Assembly: GCA_951804945.1 (NCBI GenBank)
Contig: OX638159.1
Coordinates: 4,774,001 to 4,838,000, forward strand
DNA from: Podarcis cretensis
Taxonomy: Eukaryota
Length of the DNA: 64,000 nucleotides
Reading direction: 5' to 3'
Part shown: positions 11,468 to 22,807 of the stretch, in pieces
Layout of the letters: the number at the start of each line of letters is the position of its first letter
How positions within the stretch are numbered: the first letter of the stretch is position 1
Translations under genes and position numbers: made by a program
Notes under the pieces: model-generated
Told to the model about the DNA's origin: nothing
The model's input: only the letters and a program-made list of their open reading frames with translations
Database searches by the model: none

Positions 11468-14400
11468 ATGAAATCATAGATCCAAAATGTTACCATCAAC
11501 ATTCTACTGATTAATAAACAAACAAGATGCAGTTGTGTCTTGAGCTCTAGATACTGCAGAGCAAAAACTTCCCTGCAAACCTCTGTCAGGCAACATTTAC
11601 ACAAAGAATGTAAAACTTTTCATGGCTATGAAAAGACATAAAATGAGAGAAGGCTCCATTTTTAGTATCTTTCCTATTCAAAACAAGAGCACACAGTTGA
11701 ACAGAGCTGGGATATTTGTCAGGACTTGACCCTCCTGGATGTTACTTACTTTATATTTATTTATTACATTTATATCCTACCCTTCCTCCTAAAGAACCCA
11801 AGTTACACACACATATCCTGCCCCAAACATGTGGTCAGGAGGAAACTGAAGAGGCTACTTATACTACTGAAGGAAGTCTCCTTCACCTACAGGTCAGAGT
11901 AACTCAAGCAATACTCCTGGACCTGATACAAACTTTTTGCCGATATGAGCAACTGTAAGACCTTGTTGTTGTTGGCTGGAGTGTCTTGGTCCTCAACATT
12001 GCAGGAGCACTGATAGCACTGCAAGGATACTGCAATGTTAGGTAAACAACCCAACTTGCAAGCTTGATTTCATACATTCTATGCTAGTGGTTCCGAATGA
12101 GGGGTCCGTGGACATTTGGGCGTCCACAACCCCCTCCCTTGCCTCCCCCAACTAAATTTTTGCTTTTTCATAGTAGTATCACAAATGTTATAGCTTGTTT
12201 TAGCGCTGCACGATTTTTCAATATATTGGCCAAAATCAGTTTTGAAATCAGACCGCAATAACGATTTTGACCCGGTAATACGAAGCAATGTATCATTCCT
12301 CACGCAAGGGAGAGCAGGGCAGGTAATTTCAAGGCACCACCAATATTGCACAATGATCTCGGCCAATAACGCTGCTGATCTGAGCTGCCTTCCCTCATGC
12401 TAAAGCTGGTTGCAGCTACTTAAGAGATGCACATGAGACAAACCAAAGAAGGTATAGAGAGTACTAAACACATCTCAGTTGCTTCTTTTTCTCCCAAAGA
12501 TTCCAGGGGGCTAAAACCTTTGATAGCATCAGTGTGGATACGGGCTGCATATCTTCGTAGCTACTTATTCATGTATCCATCACTGCAGATAAGGTACAAA
12601 AATTATCTCAGTACAGAGGCTACCAAGATATCCTAGATGCTTCTCCCATCAATATGCAATTCCAGACAGAGTCCTGGAGTCCTGGTAATATCAAACCTGA
12701 AAGGCTACACTAGCTGCTTCGTTGTTGTTTTTAAAAAACCTACTACATTAAAATACAGAGAGAACTTCCAAGTTATACAGATTACACCTTAGATGTTCAG
12801 AACAAAAGCATGAAATGCCTAATGTTAGGAATTGTTGCCATGTGAGCAAATACGTAGCTGGTAATAAGGGCCTCCTCTGCAATAATTTTTAATTGTTATT
12901 GGGCATCCAATAACATCCTTATTTTAAAGGCTAGCTGGTACTACTACAAAGAGGACTTGAACAACAACAAAAAAGAACCCTGCCACTGCTTGTTTGATTC
13001 AGGAAGAAATGCTAAAAGTTCAGAAATAGTATACCGTATATATTTGTAATACAGCAGTATATACATACAGTACGTGTATTACTAAATAATAAATGCTGGA
13101 CTTGCTGCAAAGCCAGAAAGCAGCTGGAAGATATTCTAGCTGCACATTTTTATTTTACAGGAACAATTATTTGGGGATGCAAAGCAACCCTTATCTTAAT
13201 AAGCTCCCATTAACTATATATAATGGGAACATAAGAAACATAAGAGGACATAAGAAACAGGAAGTAGGGAAGTAAGCCGGAAGTAGTTGATTGCTGATTC
13301 ATTCATTCATTTATATATTTATTTAAATATATATATATAGAGAGAGAAGGGGAAAACAGATAGCTGACCATTCCACCCAGGGTGACCTCTGCTACAAAAT
13401 AGATGTCTCTTACGGAGGCAATATTAGATTGGTGCTGGGTTGACTGGACATTTCGTAGCCCCATAAAAAGTTTTGAAGCCACATGCTACAAATTACATAT
13501 TGTAATTTTCATTTTTTTTAAAGGAAGTATTTCATTGGGTGTTCATTTTCATCCACTCATAGGGGAAGTACAATAAAAACACAACTGCACTTCTTTTCTT
13601 ATTCAAATAATTCCTTTTCTTTCTTCTGTAAATCATCATCTTGATTCTCCAAACAGGAAAAAGAGATGGGAAGGAAGCTGTTTTCTTCAGTACTGACAAA
13701 CATTGAAAACTGTGCACTGATTTACTCTGTTGTCTCTTGTTTACATTTCTGAAGATTACATTACATTACAATTCTGAATATACCCTTCCAAGAACAAAAT
13801 GTGCAAATAAACTGCTCTTTCACCTCGCTTTCCCCCTGGATCACACCTGCTGCCTCTTTCTGCTCCTAGAATGCCAACTGCTGCTTTTTACTGGCTAAGA
13901 ATGGCAAGGTAGATAAATACACTGAACATGCATGCTTACTGAGCAGGGAAAGCACAAACGGTAATGCAAGTGCAGAATTCAAAATAGCCACCTCTCGGCC
14001 TTGAAACCTCCAGTCCCTGTGAGCAGCAGGTGAGTAACTAGTTGTCAGAGATCTCATACATTTCCACCCACTCTGTCCTGCTGTGGAAACAGAATGGTGG
14101 CAAACAGCAATAACAGAACGAAGGCATTAGAATATCTTGGGACTTGTAGTGATACAAAGGGCTTAGGGGCAGTCTCATGCCAGCTACTCAGCTGGCAAGA
14201 TTTCCCCTTGGAGCCTCTCTCTGGTTCATTTGTCTGCTCTCCTCGAGACCAGAGTGGTCCAGCACAGAGCAGCAGCACTTGTGAGTGGCAGGAGCAGACC
14301 AGTAGCAGCACCAGATCTGACTCATCCTGAAGACGACAAATTCCCAGTTTCTCAGCCCTGGTGCATCAGTCTGGTGCCTCCTACTGTCTGTCTGCTCTTG

Positions 14401-15254
14401 ACTGGCTTTCTGTTTTGCCATGGGTTTTCCTGGATGGACTCTGGCTATAGTAAACCAAACCAAAGGACAGTGGGTTGGGGCGGGTAGACGACTTAGCATT
14501 TGAGTGACGTTGGTCAATTAAATCACAGAGTCTTGGTATCCCCATTTGTAAAATGGACAGATGTTTTCAGGGTGCTTAATTCCTTGTTCTGTAATCTGTT
14601 CACTTTCTTGAATCATCTGTCCTGCATGCAAGTTATTTTCCTGCTATGTGAGCTTGTAGCAAATTTCTAGTTTGAAACATGGTGTGATCTGTGATGGCTC
14701 GACTGTCATGTATAAGCAGCATTAGCTGATGACAGACAGGGGACTAGTAAGCATATGTAATAGCTGTGCAATTCTGATACAGAGTTTTTTTTTTTTAGAA
14801 TGAATGGCTTTAATAAAGACTAAAAAGAAAATCTCAATTTGAAAAACAAAAGGAAGAAGTCTAGTGAGAAATATTGCCTCCAGTGTTAAGTTTCAACCTG
14901 GGAACAAGCTTTGTGAGTGCACACTGAAGCCCCTTTTGTCCCTCTCTTTGTTGCTCGAGCAATCAAATTGAAGCCCTCTAATTCAGAATTCATGAACATG
15001 GCACCCATGGGCACAAATCTGCCTGCAGTGGCCTTCCCTGATGCTCACAGGGTCACCTGCCTGCCCTCGAAACTAGACTTGAAACTAGGTTGTTCCTGTG
15101 TGTTATGCCCATGGAGTTTCTCCAGTTTGCAAGTGTGTCCAAGGGCCCCAAAAGTTTGCCAACCGCTGTTCAAATTAACCAAAGTTCACCATTTTGTGGG
15201 AACAAGGAAACCATGGTTACCAGTTTCAGAACAGGCTAGGATATTTTTTAAAGC

Positions 15255-15427
15255 AGAGTTTGGGTGACCATCTGTCCTGGATGCTTCAGCTGAGATTCCT
15301 GCATTGTACAGGGTTGGACTAGATTACCACTGGAGTACCTTCAAACTCTATGATTCTATTACAGTCATACCTTGGATCCCAAATGCCTTGTGAGTCGAAT
15401 GTTTTTCAGCTTCCGAGGTACCACTGT
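15255..15427 (+). mobile_element. CR1 3' end followed by an internally deleted CAGTCATACC MITE (15362-15427)
   Basis: GAGATTCCTGCATTG..GGTTGGACTAGAT..CTCTATGATTCTAT tail, then TA-flanked TIRs. Confidence 0.75.
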
Positions 15428-15500
15428 ATTAAATAATGCTTGAAGTTGGTGAAAATTCACAAAGGATTGACAAGCCATATAATTAGGCCATATAATATTG

Positions 15501-15543
<43 letters not shown>

Positions 15544-15706
15544 TCTTAGTTTATAAAAATATGTGCATTTTTCAAGTTGTGTTTTCAACAGATCAGTTTC
15601 ATTTGTTGTGAGATATTAGTGTTGTGCGTGCGTGTATATATATATAAAATTTGAAGCACAGCACTTACTGTAACAACTTCGTGCAGTGTTTGTCCACAGT
15701 TTTCTG

Positions 15707-15967
15707 AGTCATGTGGCAAGCATGACTAAGCCACTACTGGAACAACGGGACACTGTGACGAGTGCCAGAGTGCATGTTAACACCGTTTACCTTCTCGCTG
15801 CAGTGGTACCTATTTATCCACTTGTACTGGTGTGCATTTGAACTTCTAGGTTGGCAGAAGCTGGGACAGAGCAACGGGAGCTAACCCTATCATGTGGATT
15901 CGAACTGCCAACCTTCCGATCGGCAAGCCCAAGAGGCTCAGTGGTTTTAGACCACAGCGGCACCCAC
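15707..15967 (-). mobile_element. Sauria SINE, partial
   Basis: Clear similarity to the full copies at 28853 and 49061 (TTTACCTT..CCTATTTATC, GGATTCGAACTGCC B-box region). Confidence 0.85.
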
Positions 15968-16254
15968 TCTGCCTTCTCAGTGAGTAACCCCAAAATATGC
16001 AAAATCCTCAAACCACCCACTTCTTCAGCAGAGGTTCTGGACTGTATCATTTCCAATACATTCTATCCACAGCACTGAACTACACCAAGGTATCTGCCTG
16101 GACCCCATTACGTATTCCTCCCCCTGCCCCCAATTTTTTTTTAACCCAGGAGCTTTATGTTACCTGGGACAGGTGAACATGCCTGCTATTTTATGGATCC
16201 CCCTTTAAATACAGCTTTTGTTTTGACCATCTTCCACAGAGGCCAATTGTAACG

Positions 16255-16515
16255 TGGAGGGAATCCACAATTTCACATTTGAATTTAAGAACTCTAAGGT
16301 GTATGTTATCTAGACCTGGTGACTGGTTAATTTCTAATTTAATAATCAGTCTTAGAACCATTTTTCTGGTAGTCTCTATTTGTCTTAGTTCCTCAGATAT
16401 CCTCCGAGAAAGAAATGGTTCTTGTTTTAGTATCAGTCTGACATCTTCTATAGTGAAGGTTGATGCAAATAAGTCATTCAACTTCTCTTTAATCTCTCTG
16501 TCCTCCTTCACGATA
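16255..16515 (-). mobile_element. CR1 LINE ORF2 internal fragment
   Basis: KLNDLFASTFTIED...KLEINQSPGLDNIHLRVLK matches the CR1 pre-RT motifs (FASVFT, KSPGPDGIHPRVL). Confidence 0.8.
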
Positions 16516-18574
16516 CAATCCTAAACCTACTTACCTACTTACCCATTGAACCTAAGGCATGCATAGGATTGTACTGTCAATAATGTCCTATCTCTGTCAT
16601 AAATGGTCCAACCATTTCCTTGTCTAGATTCCTGCTTCTGATGCAAGAGATAGAGCATTGCTGATAACTTTGTGCTATGACAGAATGCTGAAACCTGTTG
16701 TTATTTTTAACAATCCTCCTACAGAATGAAATACTGTGAAATCAGTGTGTTTAGATTTGTCTTAAGTAGACACAGATAAAATTATAGCAGTTAAGAAAAA
16801 TATGAACTGTGTGAAACAAGTGGATACAGATAGCATTTTCATTTTCTTTCTTTTATTAGATCTCAGGGCATGACCAATGAAATGATTTTGTGGACAAAGT
16901 ACCAACTTTTGCACAATTATTTTATGGAATCCACCATAATTCACCACAGAATGTGGTTTCTGTCAAAATTATTTATTTAAAACATTTTTAACTTTCTTCG
17001 GAGCCCAAGGCTATCAATAAGTAAGAATTAATATCGTACAAAAATAAAAATGCAAAACTACCAAAGTTAACACAGCCAAATAAAAACTTTACTTGAAGCA
17101 GCCCCTAAAACCAATTCAATTAAAGCATTTTTTATCAGAACGTAATACAATTAAAGGCACAAAAGACTTCCTAAAACGGAATGTTTTCACTAAGAGCAGC
17201 AGCAGCAAGTGAGGTGTGCAAGGAGAGCCTCCTTTGAGAGGGAGCTACAAAGCCAAGGTGCAGCCACTGAGATGGCCTCTATGTCTTTTGAAAAGGAGTT
17301 CAAGGAGGACAAATTCCCAATGGATATTAACCATAATTGGTAACTGGAACTTTCTTGTACAGAACCTTTTGGCTATGAACAGCAGGTGCTCTTGCATATC
17401 ACTGACCCAGGAGATTACCTTACCACACATGTGCCTACTCAACCGCTTTGATCAACAAAATTAGCACTACTACAAGTGCCACATAATACCCATTTGTAAG
17501 AACTTGGTTGTTTAGTCTGGCAGTGCCTAATCTTTGGAACTCCCTGCCTTTTGAGATCAAGCTGGCACCTTTACTTGGCATTTGCTAAATACATTCCTGG
17601 TTAGACAAGCCTACACAGATGCTTAGAAAGTTGTGGTATTTTTTACCTGTTTTTGTATTTTAACTTTTGTATGTTTTAAAGTAAGGCTATATTTTTTCCT
17701 TAAATTTGCTGTTTGTTTTTTGGAAACCAATCTGAGGGTTTTTTTTACTATCAAGTAGTGCATTAATTTCATAAGTATGAATCTATGTGGGAAAATAGCA
17801 GTCTCATGAAGGCAAGCAATTGATTTGATTTTTATATACTGTAAAGAGAAACAGAATATAACAGCAGTGATCTTTGTGCCATAATAGTGGGACCAAATGG
17901 TCTCAGGACAATTTGTTAGCACCTGCACACTAGTCTCAATTGCTGGAAAATCCCCAACAGCTTAAACCTAGCATGCTCATGCCAACTATAGTGTAGCGGT
18001 GGTGGTGTTTGTTTGAAAAGTAGCAATGAAGTGAATAAAGACCACAGACGCTGCTTGACTGCCAAGTATCCACTTTGGAAGTCCACACATGGAGCCAAGA
18101 CTGCCATTACGTATATGAATAAGCAGCAGGGGTTATTTGCCCAACTGCTTTACCAATATTCTAGCTAAATATTAGATGCCATAATTTATGGAGTTCAACC
18201 TCAAATGCAGTTTCTTTTCAAAGAAATGTCAGAGTACCAGGAAACATTCCAAGAATACAGTATGATGTGGCTGCTGTCAGTAGATCACTCCTTTAGGTTT
18301 GCCATTTTAAAATTATGAAGTTATATTGTAAGTATGTTAGAAAAAGAAAACTGTCCCAACAGATTAAAGCAGATTAAAAAGCTTCCACTGAGTATGCAAA
18401 ACAAGGTCTACATGAAGCCCAACTAAAAAGCCCAAAGAATATGCAAATTGCTCAGCACAATGCTCAGCTCCACACATTAACATATAACATTTATTTTTCA
18501 AGACAATGATGTTTATTTCTTTATCGGTTACAAGTGGGATATCCACTATGCTCTATCTTGAATAGAGATCTAGC

Positions 18575-19130
18575 CTTCAGCCTGCTTTTGTAACTTCAAG
18601 GATGGATTTTTTTGTTTTGTTTGTTTAGTCGTTTAGTCGTGTCCGACTCTTCGTGACCCCATGGACCAGAGAACGCCAGGCACTCCTGTCCTCCACTGCC
18701 CCCCGCAGCTTGGTCAGACTCATGCTGGTAACCTCGAAAACACTATCCAACCATCTCGTCCTCTGTCGCCCCCTTCTCCTTGTGCCCTCCATCTTTCCCA
18801 ACATCAGGGTCTTCTCCAGGGAGTCTTCTCTTCTCATGAGGTGGCCAAAGTACTGGAGCCTCAGCTTCACAATCTGTCCTTCCAGTGAGCACTCAGGGCT
18901 GATTTCCTTTTCAAGGATGGATTACTGCAGTGCATTAACCTGAAGACAATTCAAAGATTGCGGCTGGTGCAGAGAGAATGCCGCTGTTCCATGTTATACT
19001 GTTAGTGAAAGTATACTCAACCAGCACTAGAGAAACTGCACTGGCAATTCAAGGCCAAAGCAAGTGTTGAATTTTATTTTTAAAACACTTAAGGGCCTGC
19101 CTTCTGAGGAGATCACCTCTCCTTTTACAA
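18575..19130 (+). mobile_element. Degraded L2 LINE fragment (host of the BovB)
   Basis: Rejoined flanks read VTSRMDYCSAL..RLRLVQ..., matching the L2 SRLDYCN and LQLVQN motifs also seen at 53783. Confidence 0.65.
18609..18909 (-). mobile_element. BovB (RTE clade) LINE 3' end, nested in an L2 fragment
   Basis: KLRLQYFGHLMRREDSLEKTLMLGKMEGTRRRGRQRTRWLD...VHGVTKSRTRLND; 14-bp TSD TTCAAGGATGGATT at 18595-18608 and 18910-18923. Confidence 0.95.
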
Positions 19131-19405
19131 TCCACTCACTACTGCCAGTGAAGATTAGCAGATAATGAGGAGCAGGTCCTTTTCCACAACAACCTCAAGG
19201 CTGTGGAATGGGTTGCTGGAGGAGGCTTGGCAATGGTACTTAGGAAGCTGTGCAGATCTTATCCAGGGAAACGTCTGGAGTCCGAGCTGCTAAGTAATCA
19301 AACAGTGCTTCTTGCTAACAGGCACCGGATTTTATTGCTACAGGCGGTAATAAAAATACACATGTTTATGATTGTTATGTATGCCATCTAGTCCAGTAGA
19401 GAAAG

Positions 19406-19528
19406 AAAATAATTCCAGCCAAGTATTTATATATGATAAAATATATAGTTATTTTGCAGAGAAAGATGTGGTATCTGCAAAATAACTCTATATTTTATCA
19501 TATATAAATACTTGGCTGGAATTATTTT
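19406..19528. repeat. Near-perfect inverted repeat, 55-bp arms, 13-nt loop
   Basis: 19406-19460 is the reverse complement of 19474-19528 with one mismatch. Confidence 0.95.
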
Positions 19529-20094
19529 TGAGGTATTATATTGAAATAGTTTCATTTACTTGGAAGCATGTACTAGTGAAAAATTGGGGTTTATTTCCAA
19601 GTAGATATGCATAGAATTGGGTGTTAGATTCAGAGTATTATTTTTTTTTTGTACTATTTCTAAACTGCTCTGTTGATTGATAGTGCAACCAGGAAGTGGC
19701 ACCCAGTTCCACTGTTGATGCGTAATCCAGAACTTCGGTTCAGTAAAGCGACACTCAGCCCTTGAAACATGAGGAAGGAAACTTTTATTGCTTCATAAAT
19801 ATGAAAAAGGCAGTCTGACACCCTTTTTATTCCAGATAACACAGAAACAAGAAAATGAGCAAATACAGTTAGAAATCTGAGCTGTTAAAAGAGAACTTCT
19901 AATTCAAAATCAAGGGGGGGGGGCTGAACTTTAAAAAATTCCAAAGGGTGTCAGTTGGGGGTAATTTTCAATTATAAGATATTCAAAATGAAGAGAAAAA
20001 TGTTAACATGTGCAGCAAATGTATTTGACAAAAAATAAAAGAATGTCTAGCTATCAGGAGGATGCTTCAAAACTTAACAGAAGACCATTAAGAG

Positions 20095-20349
20095 TATGGG
20101 TAGGCAAACTAAGGCCTGGGAGACGGATCTGGCCCAATCGCCTTCTAAATCCAGCACGTGGGTGGTCTGGGAATCAGTGTGTTTTTACATGAGTAGAATG
20201 TGTCCTTTTATTTAAAATGCATCTCTGGGTTATTTGTGGGGCACAGGAATTCGTTCATCCCCCCCCCCCCAAAAAATATAGTCCAGCCCCCCCACAAGGT
20301 CTGAGGGACAGTGGACCGGCCCCCTGCTGAAAAAGTTTGCTGACCCCTG
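20095..20349. mobile_element. hAT (Charlie-like) MITE
   Basis: Ends TATGGGTAGGCAAACT / AGTTTGCTGACCCCTG; TAAGAG on both flanks; GGCCC subterminal motifs. Confidence 0.75.
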
Positions 20350-21156
20350 ATAAGAGAAACCACATAAAGTTCTTGAAATAAGTTGAGTACAGACATCTCT
20401 AGAGCACCAGACAAAATAAATACATATCTTGCATGTTGGACTGCTTTATGGTCCTGATCTAGTGAACTTATTAAGATGGCTCACTGAAAACAAGATTCCA
20501 CACAAGTATCAAGTCTAACGGCAGCTTCAGACATTACAGACAGTGCAGCCATCTCAATATTCAAATGTCTTGCACTTCCAGTCCGTGGCAAAAGGAACAT
20601 GGACATATATGACTTGTAAGCTTTGGTTAAGCACATTAGTGTGAGAGCTTGTGCGTGTAGCAACATCAAAAGTCTCTCTAACGAGAAACAAACTGATCTA
20701 TCATTTTTTCCTAAAGCATTCCTGGACAATACTCTGGAAAATATTCTTTGACATCCTAACATACTTAATATGGTACTGGGTGCAAATTTGTGTCACTTGT
20801 TTCTTCAGGGCTGAAGGACTATTTTAAACTGAAAGACAATGACATCCTTTTTTTCTTTTCTTTTCTTCTACAAGCCAGGGACTTGGAATTTTTCCAAGGT
20901 TGCTTTTCGCACTCTCCCCGGCGGTGCCAGTTCCTGGCAAATTGTATACAAGGTGACTAAGATTAGGAAAGCATCCATGGGATTACACTGAATGAAGTCA
21001 AGGCCAGCCCACCCATGAGGTGAGGTGAGTGACTTTGCAACCAGTGGAAAAATGACACTGGTATCAACACCAATTTTCAGCAAGATCTTGAGAGATCTGA
21101 GAGTACAAGAGATCTTGCAAGATTTTGGTAAAATCTCACTAGAAATCAGCGCCACT

Positions 21157-21365
21157 CAGTGTTAGAAACTGAGATATATAAGCTAGGCCCCAAATGGCTC
21201 CTTAAACCAAGGTTACAGCTGCCAAAACAGAGTGTCTAGTTGCCATTTTGGGGTAAGAGGGCCCTAAAGTCTTATTTTTCAAATGGTGGGCTGACTCACC
21301 TCCAGATGGTAGAAATGTCAGGAGCCATCTTGGCACCCAGGCATCTTCTCTTGGTTGCAAATTTT
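21157..21365. mobile_element. Partial copy of the hAT-like element at 28211-28748 (inverted)
   Basis: Reverse-complement match to ~28612-28748 and ~28262-28327. Confidence 0.8.
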
Positions 21366-21494
21366 GAACACTGGTGCCAATGCCAGCACCACATTTATGG
21401 AGTTGCAGCAGAGCAGGGTGGTGCTTCCCAGGTAAAGGTAACAGGCAAAGACGCCTGGCCAGTTAGGTCCAGTCGAATTTGACTATGGGGTAGG

Positions 21495-21722
21495 CCAAGG
21501 AACACTGTGATGAGTGCCAGAATGCATAGAAACACCATTTACCTTCCCACCACAGTAGTACCTATTTTTGTACTTGCGGTGGTTTGCTTTCAAACTGCTA
21601 GGTTGGCAGGAACTGGAACAAAGCAATGGGAGCTCACCCCGCTGCACAGATTCAAACTGCTGTCCTTACAATCAGGAAGCACAAGAGGATCAATGGTTTA
21701 GACCACAGCACCACCCGCATCC
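21495..21722 (-). mobile_element. Sauria SINE, degraded partial
   Basis: TTTACCTTCCC..ACCTATTT..AACTGCTAGGTTGGCAGG..GGGAGCTCACCCCG. Confidence 0.8.
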
Positions 21723-22687
21723 CAGTACTTACAACATGCCGTCCCTGACTGAAGTGTAAATGGTGAAGTTGACTCACACCACTGAAGGAAATTAATTTGT
21801 TCTACTTGGATGTCAGGATCCAATTTTGTATGTGATGTATACTGATCAAAATATTGTTTTCATTTTGTGATGACATTGTTGGAAACAAGGGTAATCTGAT
21901 CTAAGTAAATCTTAGGTGGCAACTAGGCCACTCATCTTACTCCAGTCTGGCAATCAGCAGTTCCACTCATCTTCCTGTACCACATCTGGCAACCGTGCAG
22001 CAGGTGCTGGTGTAACAGGGCTTACCTATTATGTTGCCAATGCCCTGGACACAGCTGTTGGCCACTTTTTTGATGACCCACAGAAGCAAGTCTGTAAATA
22101 TCCACTTAACTATTTTGAACTATATCCCTCCTAATCTTAGAGCTGGTGCTTACAAATATACTGTTTGCGGTATTGTATTTTACTCCTTCTGTGTCCATGG
22201 CAACTGTCAACTTGTGGTGACTCATTTGCTACGAACAAAAGCTGAAACTTTGCAGGCTATCTCTCAGTCCGCAGAAGCTTGTGTCAGAGTACATTTCAGT
22301 TTCTACTTGCAGAATGTAAGATAGATAACTTGCTCAGCAGGAACACACAACCAAAATGGGTTTTCAAAGGAAGGGAGGGGAGCAGCTGCCACAACTGCAT
22401 ATTACAGAGACTGACACTTGTTTTTTTTTTAACAAAATCAGAGTGCTTAAGAGCCTGTTAAAGTAACCTTCTGAATCTACCTGTTAAGTTTCTAACGTGA
22501 CTTTTATGTACAACTGATCTACGTATCTATACAGTTCCTCCTGTGACTGTCCCGCTTCAGAACAATGCAGGTCTCACAAACCTGAATCTCCTGCACATCA
22601 ATTTTTTTCTGAAACTGGCCTGTGGTAATAGTACTTTTTGTCTCAACCACTTGGTTGTGTGATTCCCCAAATCAATGGCTTATATCC

Positions 22688-22807
22688 AGGGCTTTTTTTC
22701 TGCTGGAACTCACCAGAACTCAGTTCCGGTACCTCTCAAGTGGGCACTATTGCAATTATAAGAAGTGGTGAGTTCTGGCACCTCTTTTTCTAGACAAATA
22801 CCACTGC
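22688..22807. mobile_element. Short hAT-like MITE; inverted partial copy at ~26405-26494
   Basis: CAGGGCTTTTTTT...AAATACCACTG termini; shared GGAACTCAC..GTTCCGG(T/C)ACCTCTCA core. Confidence 0.6.
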
